Of a stretch of 64,000 nt of DNA, positions 35,446 to 47,732 are shown in pieces. Under the pieces are notes generated by a model. The model worked only from the letters and a program-made list of their open reading frames with translations. It searched no databases and was not told the DNA's origin. Source of the stretch: Bilabrum cf. latius (taxonomy: Eukaryota); assembly GCA_965178125.1 (NCBI GenBank), contig OZ237756.1, positions 1-64,000 on the forward strand, in the 5' to 3' direction. Numbering within the stretch: the stretch's first letter is position 1; each line of letters starts with the position of its first letter. Both the position numbers and the translations under genes were made by a program.

Positions 35446-38246
35446 TCACTTCTTCGCCCCCTTCTTGCCGCTTGGACTTCTCTTGCTCTTCTTGCCTCCT
35501 GGACTCTTCTTGCCCTTTGCACCCGCACCTCCGTTGCTGCCCGGAGCAGGGCCGAGTCCCAGCACCCCCTTGAGAATCCGCAGGCCGGCCGACTCGGGCA
35601 GCGCGTCAAGCGAGACCCCTGCACTGCAGAGAGCCCCCTTGGCCACCTCTCCCGCCCGAGAGCCCTTCTCCACCAGCCCAAGCACCGTGAAGGCACCCCG
35701 ATTGGTGCCGCAATGCGCAGCCAGCCGCTCTCCGAGCCCTTTCCCTGCTGCATCGCTGCCTCCCAGCGCCTGAAGCACCCTGGGTGCGAACAGGCACAGG
35801 TCCTCGTCCTTTGGGGCATCTGCCCCAGCTGCCTTCGCAGCCTCCACCACCGCCGCGTCCTGAGCCAGCAGCAGACGCACGGCCTTGTGCGCCACTGGGT
35901 GCTCAAGCACAGAGGACACAGAGGGGGAGGAGGTGCCCGCCCCAGAGGACGCCCCACCCTCGGCATGCTGACCGCCCTTCTTGCCACCCGAAGCGGCCGC
36001 CTCGTCCTCATCTTCGTCCTCGTCTTCGTCCTCATCTTCGTCCTCTTCGTCACCACCCCCGAAAAAGCTCCTCTTCTTGCCCGCAGACGCCCCCTCCTCA
36101 TCCTCATCGTCGTCCTCATCCTCTCCCTCGGCAGGCGGGGGCAGCAGCAGCGCCTCAGCCAGCGCCTCCAGCACCAGCCCCGCCCTCTCCAGGTCCTTGC
36201 GCGCCGTTGCCTCCTTCACCTCAGGGGGGTCCTGCGCCAGCTCCTCCCTGATCGACTCCACCTCGTCCGCCTCCTGCTGCCCCGCGCTGGACCGGGCCTT
36301 CTTGCCCTCCCCGCCCTTGCCCGCCCCGGGCCCTCGACTGCTCTGCGCAGCCTCCGCAGCAGCCAGCGCACCCTCCTTCAGCACGCCGAGCGACCGGAGC
36401 GCCCTCTCGCGGAGCACCCGCACCAGCTCCAGACCCACAGGCCAGGACCACTCCCCGCACAGCACACGGGCCGCCCTCGACTGCACGCAGTCCGCAAGCG
36501 ACACCTTGCACGCGTCCAGCAGCTCCCCTCTCCTCACCCCTGCTTGCTTCTTGCTCGCAGGCACCAGCTCGCGCGCCTCTGCCCCCACCGCCTCCCCCGC
36601 GTCCTCATTGGCCCTCGAGGCAGCGGCAGCAGTGGCCGAGTCATCCTGGATGTCCGCCGCCAGCTCGGCCATGGCCTGCTGCTCCAGCTCGCTAGAGGAA
36701 GCGCCCGCGCCACTGGCAGGTCCGCTCTCCGACCCTGCCTTGCCGCTGTCCGAGTCCGCCGCTGGCTTGGACTTTGGCTTGGGAGCGTCCTTGGGCACCT
36801 GCAGCGGCTTGAGCTTGAGGACATCCTTGGGAGTGAAGTACCTCCGGTTGCAGGGGGACAGCACAGAGAGGAACACCTTGCGTCCGTGCGCGTCCCGCAG
36901 CATCCTGGTGAGGGCGCCAAGCCTCTCAGCAGCTGGCTTGAGGATGGCTTTCTGCAGGAGCTTGGTGTCGTCAGTCACGGCGAGCAGCCGCACCAGCAGC
37001 ATGTGACCCTGATCGTGCTCTGCCACGTCGTGGATGTGCTCACTCACCGCCCGCGCCATGACCTTCCTGTCCTTGGCAGAGCCCAGTCCCGCCAGCATGC
37101 ACGCCGCCCTGCCCCCCTCCCTGGACGACACCAGGGCCAGCATCGCGTCCCTGCACACGGGCACCAGACTCTGGGCCACTGCGGGCTCGGCGATCTGCAA
37201 GCACTGGTCCAGCAGCCGCTGGCTCATCTGCAGACCCAGCAGTTTCTTGTCTGCCTGCACCTGCACCACCCGCGCCATGGCCCGGCTGGCCCGCCTGCCC
37301 GCTGCCTCCCGGTCCTCGGGGCTCACCTTGGCCAGCACGCCCGCGGCGCTGGTGGAATCTCCAGCACCCGCGGAGGATGCCGATGAAGAAGAAGAAGAGG
37401 ATGAAGAGGAAGACACCCCGCCCTGGGCCTCGGCCCTCGCCTGGTGCCTGTGCTCGTGCCCCATGGCCTCCCGCAGCAGCTCAAAGGCGCCACGCTGGGA
37501 CCAGCCCCGCTGCAGACCCTCCTCTAGCACAATAGCAGCGCGTGCATGTGTCATGGCACGCACCGCGTGCCCTCTGAACGCCGCCCGAACGCCCTCCTTG
37601 GCTGGCCCGCCTCCATACCGCAGCAGCTTGGCGAGCACGGGGTGAGCGTACTCGTCCTTCGAAAGGGCTAGGATGGACCCGCTCAACTCCAGCCAGATAT
37701 CCCGCCTCATCTAGGCTGTTCCGTTCTTCAAAATTGCTTGTACGATGCGAGAGCAGTCGTGCTTCGCGCTCATCTCCTTGTAGTGCCCCTTCAACAAACC
37801 ATGGGTCTCTGCGATTAGCTCATTGCGACGGTCTACTCCGACCCGTTTCTAGCGGAACTGCTCCCAGAGCCCCTTGGCTCGTTGCGCAAGGCCTCCAAGT
37901 GGTTGCTGCATTCTGCGGCGCCGCTTCATTTCCTGCAAAGGCAGACATACGATGGTTCACAACTTCAACTGTTGGATGCGCATGCAGATACTGGCCTTGA
38001 ATACGGCAGGCAAGACTAATTGGTGCTCACACGTTGTTCCTATCGTGACATAGCAACTGGTTGTCCAGACTTTGCACCTCTACCACCACGCCCTCTACCT
38101 CTGCTGCCGCCTCTGCCACCGCCTCCCCTCCCGCGACCGCGGCCACCCCCGCCCCTGCCACCACCATCAGATGGTCTTGGGCGTTTCTGACCAGGTCTGA
38201 CGCCACTAGATGGAGGAGACTTGCCTCTTGATGAAGATCCACTCAT
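35446..38246 (-). CDS. PUF6: Pumilio-repeat nucleolar protein PUF6/PUM3-like (intron 38030-37933)
   Basis: RGG-rich N-terminus; motifs KHDCSRIVQAILKNG, KLLRYG, GSAKDRKV, TDDTKL and GTNRGAF. Three TAGs; TGA stop. Confidence 0.85.
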
Positions 38247-38443
38247 TCTGCGAATTGTGTTGCCTAGTATTTTTACTGGATGCTCCGCAATGAAGAACAT
38301 CCCAATGGCGCCGCGCGGAGCGTGATTGCGGAACCTCCAGATTGATGAGCGCTTCGAACTCGTGAGTACCTCTGTATGTGCTTGGCAGCTTCCTGAATTT
38401 TATTCAGCGTCCCCAAGACTGAGTAATATACTGTAGAGTCTCA

Positions 38444-39550
38444 ATGGATAGGGCAACCAGATCAAGAGCTCTCAAGCGCCCACGACCAGGCGAGGCAAGC
38501 AATCCCCGGAGTGAAGCCGCTGGTGCTCCCCCACCTGGTATCGGTGCTGTGGACTCCCCAGTCCCTGCAAAAAGGGGCAGGGTGAATGATACGTAGACAC
38601 GGGCAACCCGGCGACGAAAATCAATCGTGGAGCCCTTGCCGCGACATTTTGGACTGCCACTGTGGGGAGCAGCCTCGGCAGGCTAGCACTCGTCCTACTT
38701 CGACACGAAACTCGCGACTTTAGTCGACAGCACGTTAGGCAGGCAATCATTGGCCGACACATAGGATCTATCGCCGTGGTTGATGAGTGGATCTGCTCCA
38801 AATTTTGATCGATAGCAGCGAGCAGTTCTGCAGGAGCAGCTGAGAAAGAGGTTGCAAGAGGATGCTACGATTGCATCTGCTCTATCACCGCCAAGTGTTA
38901 GCAAGTAGCCTTCAGGCAAGCGATCTCGGCCCACCCATAATCGCGAAGGCTAGCCAGGAACGTCCTTGAGCAGTGATAGCAGCAGTAGCAGCAGCAGCAG
39001 TAGTGCAGCTGCTAGGGCAGATAGCTAGGAGCAGACTGAGACTCAGCGGTTCGGCAAGAGGAGTAGACATACTGGCACATTTGGTGGGGGCAGCGCAGCC
39101 TCTTCAGGGGCAGGCGTGGGGGCAGGGGTGGGCGCGGGAGAAGTGTCTGCCGAGTCGCTGCTGCGAGCCCTAGATGCCGAGAAAGAAGCCTCGATCGCGT
39201 TTCAGGGTTAGCTGCGTGAGTCAGTGCAGCCTACAAAGGCTGGGAGTGGCGGGGATGCGGGCTTCGGGGGAGGATAGCCGGGTAAGGAAATGGGAGGAGA
39301 GACATCAGGGGAGAGGGGAGGGGAGGATGAGGAGGGCGGGGCTGGTGCCAGTGCCAGTGCTGCGATGGTCAGAAGAGGCAAACAGGTGCGCAGAAGAGCC
39401 AGTTCTGCGGCGAAGACGAAGGCATCAGGCAGCGATACTGCAGCCGGCGCTGGCGCAGGTGGCAGGCGAGTGCAGCCCCGGAGGCAGTCGAAGAGGCTGC
39501 GGGCGGGCAAGCCGAGCCAGAGCGAGCAGGCCGACATGGAGGAGGGCTGA
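38444..39550 (+). CDS. Hypothetical low-complexity protein (~368 aa), visible only with TAG=Gln
   Basis: Frame from ATG 38444 to TGA 39550 has no TAA/TGA but carries 9 TAGs. It fills an otherwise empty 1.1-kb gap in a gene-dense region. Confidence 0.65.
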
Positions 39551-39773
39551 TGACTGAATACTAGCACTAGACGTGACGAACAACTGTAGTTACAGGCAAG
39601 CCATCACCACAAGCACCGGATGGATCCGGAATCCAGATCCATCAGCTGCTATCGACCATGGCTGTGATGCTCGCAGAGCAATTCAACGAGCATCCTTCTG
39701 CTGTAGAGTTCTGACTGATCATAGGTAGCATTGGATAGCCACTTCAGAGAACGATTGGAATTGACGTCAAGTC

Positions 39774-40618
39774 ATGCTAGCAAGAAAGGTGTTTGCACAG
39801 CGATGTACAGCAGCATGCAAGAGGTCTGCCGGCTCGCTATCTCGTTGCATGTCCTCCAACCCAATGTATGGCAAGGGAAGAACTGCTCTGTTTGTTTGTG
39901 ATATCCAAGAGGCGTTTGCCAGCAGGATTCTTGAAATGGACCAAGTTGTTCATACGTCTGGTTTCATGGTAAGAAACGTACAGACTTTCCTAACTATTTC
40001 GCGGTCTGGTACGACAGCCGGCCACAGACAATATTTAAAACCTTATCATGCATATTTTTATCGCAGTGCGACGTGGCATAGATCCTTGATATTCCCATCG
40101 TGGTGACGGAACAGTACCCCAAGGCCCTTGGCAGCACCGTAGAGGCCCTCCAAAGCCAGGTTTTGAAGCCCACAAATGCGACCCTGGGAGCTGGGAAGGA
40201 TGGAGATGCCGTGCGTGTGTTTGACAAGCTCCGTTTCAGCATGGTATCGGACGATGTGATGCGGCATGTGGAGGCCACCCCGCAGCCCGCCTGGGCGGTG
40301 GAGGACGGGCTGGAGGGCCCCTTGGCCCGGGTCGTGCTGGTGGGGATCGAGGCGCACGTGTGCGTGCAAGGCACTGCGCTTGACCTGCTGGAGAGGGGCA
40401 TAGACGTGCACGTGGTCGCAGAGGGCGTCTCGTCCCAGCGGCGGCTGGACCGGAGCGTGGCCCTGGAGCGGATGCGGTAGGCGGGGGCATGCATCACCAC
40501 GGCAGAGGCCGCGGCGCTGGCACTGGTGCGAGGGGCGGACCACCCGAACTTCAAGTAGGTCAGCAAGCGGCTAATCAAGCACAATGCGGACCGTGACAAC
40601 ACGCTTGATTTCATGTGA
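39774..40618 (+). CDS. Isochorismatase-domain protein ISOC1/ISOC2-like (intron 39969-40066)
   Basis: Motifs TALFVCDIQEAF, VTEQYPKALGSTV, LVGIEAHVCV, ALERMR[TAG]AGA and HPNFK. Targeting-peptide-like N-terminus; 3 TAGs; TGA stop. Confidence 0.9.
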
Positions 40619-40870
40619 TGGGATGGGCTATGACAAGCATGCTGTGGCCTTGCCTGGCCGGCAAAAATCTCAGTACGGGCGGGTCTGTGTATATTCCACA
40701 GCCCCTTCCACCAGCTTCCGCCAGCACATCTGCAAGTAGGTACGCAGTGGCCTCCACTGGTCGCATCTACAACACCAGGCGAGTGTGCGATAAATGAATG
40801 TCAGCCAGATGAATGCGATACTTGTGAAGATGAATGCAATAAATTAACGTCGGCGAGACACATTGGCGCG

Positions 40871-42310
40871 ATGGCCTCAGACGACAAGTTAGATACATTG
40901 CTTGGTGAGCTGAATATTGCTCCGGACAGTCATATGCCACCACCGGGAAACGGAGATGCGTTGTTGACACACGTGCTGCCAACCATGGAGCCTTCCTTGG
41001 CGAATATCATCAACAAGAAAAGCTTACGCTGGGTATTCGTAGGGGGAAAAGGGGGTGTAGGGAAAACTACAACGTCTTGCTCTCTAGCAGCCGAGCTGGC
41101 TCGGCACAGGGCAAAAGTGCTTGTCATTTCGACGGACCCAGCGCACAACTTGTCGGATGCGTTCGACTAGAAGTTCGGAAGGACTCCAACTCTCGTGCAT
41201 GGCTTTAGCAATCTATATTGCATGGAAATCGACCCCAAAGCAAGCATGCGGGATCGGTCAGCGGCGATGGAAGCGCAAGTCAAAGCAGCGCAGGGCCAGC
41301 AAGGGCAACAAGGGGGCATAGCGGGTTTCTTGGGCGGGATGGGCCTTGGTTCCATTGCCAAAGACATAGGTGAGGCTATTCCTGGAATTGATGAAGCGCT
41401 TGCGTTCGGTGAACTGCTGAAGAGCGTGGTTGAGATGGAGCACGAAGTGATCGTTTTCGACACAGCTCCAACCGGGCACACGCTCAGGATGCTGCAGTTT
41501 CCAGACATGATTCGCAAGGCCACGGGGATCATAGATAAGATGAAGCAATCAATGGGTGGTCTGTTCTCAATGGCCGCTAGCATGATGGGAGGCGCAGGCG
41601 GTCCAGGGGGAGGTGGCATGGGTGGGCTCATGGGCCAGCTGGGCGAGATGCAGGGCGTCGTGGACCGTGTGAGCCAGCAGTTCAAGGACCAGGCTCTCAC
41701 TACATTCGTGGCGGTGTGCATCCCTGAGTTTCTATCCGTGTACGAGACAGAGCGGCTCGTGCAGGAGCTGGGCAAGCAGCAGATCGACTGCCGCAACATC
41801 GTGGTGAACCAGTGCCTGTACGTTGAGGGTAGGCACCTGGACACTGCAAGGAAGGCCATGCTTGAGGCAGGGGCGGACTAGAGAGAAGGGGCATCTGTAG
41901 TGGAGCTGGTGCGTGCCCGCCGGCGCATGCAGGCCTCGTATCTGTCCCAGATCGACGAGCTGTACCCCGCCATGCACGTGTGCAAGATGCCGCTTATGCT
42001 GGGAGAGGTCAGGGGGGCGGCGAGGCTCAGGGCCTTCGGGGAACAACTTGGCAGGCCGCACCCGGGCCCCGGACCAGTGCAGGAGGATGAGAGGGAAGAG
42101 GTTGAGGGCTTGTCGGCGGGGGCATCGGGTGGAGCAGCGGTGGGTGGGGCGTCTTCAGGTGCGGGTGCGGGTGTGGGTGTGGGCGGCTGGAAGGGCGGAG
42201 ACGGGTCGTTGCTCGCGGATGTGCGAGAGGCCATGGGAGATTGGGGGAGGGGGGGTGGGGACGGAGGCAGTGATCCTGGGGGCGACGGTGACGACATCGA
42301 TGTCGACTGA
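40871..42310 (+). CDS. GET3: Tail-anchored protein targeting ATPase GET3/ASNA1
   Basis: Motifs [31 protein letters not shown][TAG][20 protein letters not shown] and [14 protein letters not shown]. TAGs at 41168 and 41879; TGA stop. Confidence 0.95.
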
Positions 42311-42465
42311 ATCAAATACATTGTACTGCCGGGTAATCCACAGGCCAAGCCAACTAGTGTTTTCAACGCGAACATGTGCACCCCCCATTGTGGCAGTATC
42401 AGAGCAGGCCGCTTGTGATGCAGTCCGCGCAGCCACCTTCCTATCCACATCCACCACTCCGATCA

Positions 42466-45400
42466 TCACACGTACAGACTTGCGGCGAACACGATGTCCC
42501 GCCTCATCTTGGCAGAGGCCCCCTTGAACTTGGCCTCTAGCGCCTCCTCCCCCACGCCCCGCGCTGCCTCGGCCAGCTGCCGCAGCAGCTCTTCCAGCCT
42601 GCGGATGACCCGGATGACACTCCCCTCGAACAGCTTGGTCAGCTTCATCACTTCTTTGAACTTTTTGCCCGCTGCCCACGCGTCCACCACCGGCATCATA
42701 TCCACCCGGAAGCTCTTCACGTATTCCTCTACGTCGATCTCGATCAACGACTCAGCGCTCACGTCACCGATCCGACGAGCCGCCTCCCGCAGCGTGCGCA
42801 CGGGTCCCGCCAGCCTGGGGGGCAGCTCCGCGTCCTCCATGGCATCCGTGGAGCTGCCCTCCCCGAACACGGCGCAGCTAAGCAGCGAGGCCACCTAACC
42901 CTCGTCCAGCTCGCTAAAGGTGCCCGAGAAGATCAGCTCCGTCACCAGGAGCTCGTCCGCCGTGTTGACCTCGCAGGCCACACGCCCCTTGAGCTGCACC
43001 ACGCCCTTGTCGTCCACGTAGTCGAGTCGTCGCAGCACGCGCTTCATCTTGCGGAGGGTGTCGCGCATCACGAGCGCCTTGGAGGAACGGATCTGCCTCT
43101 CTAGGAACCTCGTCTGCTCCACCAGCGCGTCCTTACGCTTCAGGGCAGCCACCCGCTCCCGCCGGTCTGCCTTGCTCCAGTGCATCGCGGCACAGTCCCG
43201 CAGCTGCCCCTCCACCCCGGCAGCTTCCTCATACACGGCCTCGAAGGCGGGCTCTCCCCCCAGCCCGAGGTCCTTCCTGGGATCTAGCAGCGGAGGAGCT
43301 CCGTCGAACCGCCGCAGCACCTCAGTCAGCTTCTCGCCCACCTATGTGAGTTCCTTGCCCGGCTTACCCCCCTTGCCCTCGGCCAGCCCTGCCTTGCCCC
43401 CCGTCAGATACACCCGCACCTTGCTCAGGGCCTCCACCGCTGACAGCAGAACGGGGAGCACACGGGGGCGGCCCTCGCCCGCCCGGGCCGCCTTCTTGCT
43501 GCAGGGCTGCGGCGCGCCTTCCCCGCGCCTGGCCTTGCCCTCTTCCTCGGTCCCATCCACAGTGCCTGCCCCCAGCTTGGCGGCCAGGTGTCTCGAGTCG
43601 TCCATCGTGAGCAGCACCGCCTTGACCACCACATCGCTCGCAGGCAGGTCGGCCAGGGAGACATCTCCGCCGCCCCCACCGGCCTTATTCCCACCCTTGC
43701 CCTTGTTCTTCTTGTCTTTCTTCCTCTTCTTCTTGTCCTTCTTGCTGGACTAGCCAGTGGCAGCGCCAGCACCCGCCCCACTTCCCCCGGCCCCCTCTAC
43801 CTCGCCCTCTCCCATGGCCAAGCGCCGCTCCCTCTCCCGCAAGAAGGCCCCCTCTCTGGCTTCTACCTCGCTGACAACGCCCCAGCCCCAGTCCGTCGCC
43901 CCGTCACGCACACGCACCAGCCGGCCTGGGGCAAGGAACCGCACCGTCCTGCTGGGCTGCATGGCCATGTCCCTCATGAGCCCCCTTTTGTCCTCCAGCC
44001 TCTCGCAAAGCATGTGGAAATGGCGGGTCTCGCTCTCCTCCTGCACCTCGACCTCGCCCGCCTCCTTGTGCTTGACTGCCAGCGCTCTCTCCATCTCGGG
44101 GACAGCTCGCTCGTTCTGGAACTGGTGGAAGGACTACTGCATGATGGACTCCGGATCCACTCCCGCTGCCTCCACCCGCATGAGGTTCAGCAGCATGTTG
44201 TAACTCAGGTGGAAGCTCGAATCCAGGGGGTCTGCCTGCCCCCTCAGGATCTCCTTGGCGCCCTCGGGCTCCATCGCCTCGTCCACCATCTGGATCACAA
44301 TCCCGCGGTCGTCGAGCCCTCTCCGCCCGGCCCTTCCGGACATCTGAATGTACTCACCGGGCCGGATCAGACGGAAGGAGTTGCCGTCGAACTTGCGGAG
44401 GCCTGTGAAGATGACCGTCTTGGCCGGCATGTTGACGCCCATGGCGAACGTCTCCGTGGCGAAGAGGATCTTCACGAGGGACTCCTGGAACAAAATCTCC
44501 ACGACCTCCTTCAGAATGGGCAGCAGACCGCCGTGGTGGATGCCCACGCCTCGCTTCAGCAGCGGCAGCAGCGCCTCGATCTGAGGCAGCGCCCGATCGT
44601 CCTCGGACAGCGCCGAGATGGCCGCCTTGAAGACCCTCTCTGTGAGCTGTTTCTCCTCGTCCGTGGTAAAGTCCAGCCGGGCCAGCTGCAGGGCGTATTT
44701 CTCGCAGTCTCGCTTGCTGAAGCTGAACACAATCACGGGGTCATAGCCTCGTTGCATCACCATGCGGATCAATCGCTGCAGGTCAGGGGTGCCGTTCTTG
44801 CCGCCCTGCGGCTTGCGTTTGCGCTTGCGGCCCCCCGCCCCCTCTGATGCCTCCACGGCGTCCTCGATGGCGCTCGTCTTGAGCCGAGCCATGGCCTGCT
44901 CGAAGTTGTCCGACCGGAAGCGGCCCTTCTCGTCCACTACCAGGTACACGCCCTCGCCGCCCGCGGGGAATATAAAGTGCTGCAGCGGCGTCGGCCTGTA
45001 GTCCGTGTATACCACGTGGCACGTGTGGTGGTGCAGGTGCCGCGTCCATGCCGCGAACTCCTTGGCGTTGGGGATGGTGGCCGACAGGAACACGAACCGG
45101 ACCGTGTCTGGCAGCATGATGATGGATTCCTCCCAGACCACGCCCCTCTCCTTGTCCCTCATGTAGTGGATCTCGTCGAAGATGACCCACTTGACCGCCT
45201 TGATCACCTCGCTGCCCCGGTACAGCATTGACCGCAGGATCTCGGTCGTCATCACCAGGCATGCCGCCTGGGGAGCAATCGTCACATCACCTGTCATGAG
45301 ACCCACGTCCTTGAACTCCTCCACCATTTCCCTGTACTTTTGGTTGCTCAGCGCCTTGATGGGGCTCGTGTAGATGACCCGCTACCCGTCCCGCAGCGCC

Positions 45401-45960
45401 ATGGCGATCGCGTACTCGGCCACCACCGTCTTGCCCGCGCTCGTGTGCGCCGACACCATGACGCTCTCATTGCGTTCTAAGCACGCGATGCTTCGCCGCT
45501 AGAAAGGGTCCAGAGAAAACGGGTACTTCCTCGCTGGGTTGTCGGGGAGGCGGTCGTCTAGCGCGGTCGTCTTGCCCTCGTCTACATCGCCTTTTGACAA
45601 CGCGGAGGCGCCCGATGTACCGGCCTCATCTGCATCCGTGGATGTTGTTGAACCGATGGCTACAGCTGTCGATGATGCCGCGGACGAGGAGGATGAAGAG
45701 GACGAAGCCATCGCCGGTTGTCCCCCTTCGCCTGCTCCGGACGCTGGCCCAGAGGCAGGCAGGGCAGGAGGCCGAGCCGCATCTCTCAACTCGTCGTCCT
45801 CGATGACTTTTGACACTTGCTCAACACTATCTGTACTGTTCTGTTCGCCATCTTCTGTTTTCCGCTTCTTCGCAGCCGAACCAGTAGTGGCACCTTCAGC
45901 CAATGAAGTGAGGCCATCTTCAGTCGGCTTTTCATCGAACACATCGAACAAATCATCCAT
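42466..45960 (-). CDS. MTR4: Exosome-associated RNA helicase MTR4 (SKIV2L2)
   Basis: Motifs YPFSLDPF[TAG], [47 protein letters not shown] and [11 protein letters not shown]. Six TAGs; TGA stop. Confidence 0.96.
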
Positions 45961-46160
45961 AGCACGAAATGTATTGAAGAAGCAGCTGCTCGAAGCTGCA
46001 AGCTATAAATTGTGCGTACTTGCAGTTCCTCCCTGTCCCCATTCGCAGAGCAGTGCCCTGCAAAAGCGACGTGTGCAAAAGCAACAAACCGTATGGGCGA
46101 TGTACTAAGCAACCATTGAAGAATTTGCAATGAAGGAATGAAAATCAAAAGAGTGTTAGC

Positions 46161-46655
46161 ATGCTTTATCGTTTGAAGTAGATGAAAATACAAAATTGGC
46201 TGGCGTTTGGGACAAGAGGGGTGCACATGGGCCCCTAGAATATGGTATCGCTCGAAATGACCTTGAACAAGTACAAGGAGGCCACAAAATTGGCTCGTGA
46301 TGCGTACCGTCGCCGATAGATTGCGGTTCGAAACGAAAAGGCAGCTAGAGATCGTGCCCACAGGAGAATTCGACAATCGGTCGGGGGCAGTGCTCCCAAT
46401 GCGGCTAGCCACACCAAAGCGCAAATGTCAGCCTTTGCCAAATTGGAATCGAGGCTTAGGAAGAAGCGCGGCGAACCCGAGCCGGTCGCACCTGCCGCAC
46501 GCAGAAAGCTCGCGAAGGCACCAAGCGAGAAACCTCGCGAGCCGCTGCCGGAAGAGTGCTGCGGGAATGACTGCAGGCTGTGCGTGTGGACGGTGTACTG
46601 GCAAGACCTTCAAGCCTGGGAGGATGTGCACTCACGGGAGAAATCCAGGCAGTGA
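46161..46655 (+). CDS. Oxidoreductase-like domain protein (OXLD1-like); start uncertain
   Basis: C-terminal PREPLPEECCGNDCRLCVWTVY motif. The frame extends upstream to ATG 46161 through 3 TAGs. Confidence 0.7.
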
Positions 46656-46815
46656 GGCTTGTCGTGGAGCTTGGAGTGCCTCCCGAGCACGAGAGGAAGC
46701 GTGGGGTGGGGGCTTGTCTGATGCACAGCCACACGACCATCCGCAAATGGACACAAAAAAGAAGATTTGTAATCGTGCGTAGCATGTATCAGGCTAGGCT
46801 GCGCATCCGGCTGCT

Positions 46816-47601
46816 TTACTTCATCCAAGGGCTCACGAACTCGACCACGCCGCGCTCGTTCACCCGCATCCTCTTGACTGCTCTCAGCTGCTTCTTGCTC
46901 ATCTTCTTCACCTTGTCGGGGTTGCTGATCTTCTGGTACACAGTGGCCCTGGCCTCCCCCTCCTCTCTCTTCCTCTTCCTCTCCTCCCGGGCATCCCGCT
47001 CGGCCTGCAGCCTCTCCCGACGAGCCTGCCGTACCGCGTCCGTGGCCTCCTTGGCACGCCTGCGAGAAACGCTCATCGCCTGCTGCGCCCGCCATGCACC
47101 ACCGTCTTCGTTTGCCTTGGGTTTTAACAGCACCGAGGTGCGCACTTGCTGCGCGTCCTTCCACGCGCGCCCGCTCACGCGACTGCCAACCGCTTGGCCG
47201 CTTTGCGCGGGCTTGGCTCTCCCCGGGGCTTTCACCCGCCTTACGTACACAACGCGTTTTGCCTTGGCGGCTCCTGCGCCAGAGCTAGCTTTAGCTGCAG
47301 TACTGCTCGGTGCTGCTGCTTCCTCCTTTGTTTTGCCTCCCCTTGCAGTGGCGCTGGACGACGAGCTCGATGAGGCAGCCGAATGTGCTGCTGAATCAGC
47401 CCTGCCACGAGCAGCCGTTTCATCTGATTGAAAAGCAGCTGATGAATCTGTGCTGGCAGCAGTGCCTGCTGCTTCGGATGGCGCGACCAATCCAGCAGTT
47501 GCAGTCTCAGGTTTCAGCAGCGGGTACATCACAACCCTTTGCGTCTTCTTGCCGCGCTTGCGCTTAGGCTTTGGACCAAAGATATCTTTGACAGATGCCA
47601 T
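46816..47601 (-). CDS. CCDC86/Cgr1-like ribosome biogenesis protein
   Basis: SGRAWK motif, basic coiled coil, YQKISNPDKVKKMSKKQLR. No TAG; stop TAA. Confidence 0.75.
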   Translation of the reverse strand: MASVKDIFGPKPKRKRGKKTQRVVMYPLLKPETATAGLVAPSEAAGTAASTDSSAAFQSDETAARGRADSAAHSAASSSSSSSATARGGKTKEEAAAPSSTAAKASSGAGAAKAKRVVYVRRVKAPGRAKPAQSGQAVGSRVSGRAWKDAQQVRTSVLLKPKANEDGGAWRAQQAMSVSRRRAKEATDAVRQARRERLQAERDAREERKRKREEGEARATVYQKISNPDKVKKMSKKQLRAVKRMRVNERGVVEFVSPWMK

Positions 47602-47732
47602 CGCGACTGAACTTGTACGAACAAGAGATTATCAAGTGTGTTCCTCGCGAGACTGTCTCGATCGAAAGCGAAGCTTTGAGGAACCTTCACCAGCAAGATT
47701 GCATTTTTTCAGATCCGCCGATCAAGACGATT

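Noticed and set aside
40871-45960. Pyrrolysine, Leu/Glu/Tyr reassignment, or leaky readthrough at UAG
   Set aside because: Conserved positions point to Gln. Up to 11 TAGs per gene and tandem TAG-TAG are incompatible with low-efficiency readthrough.
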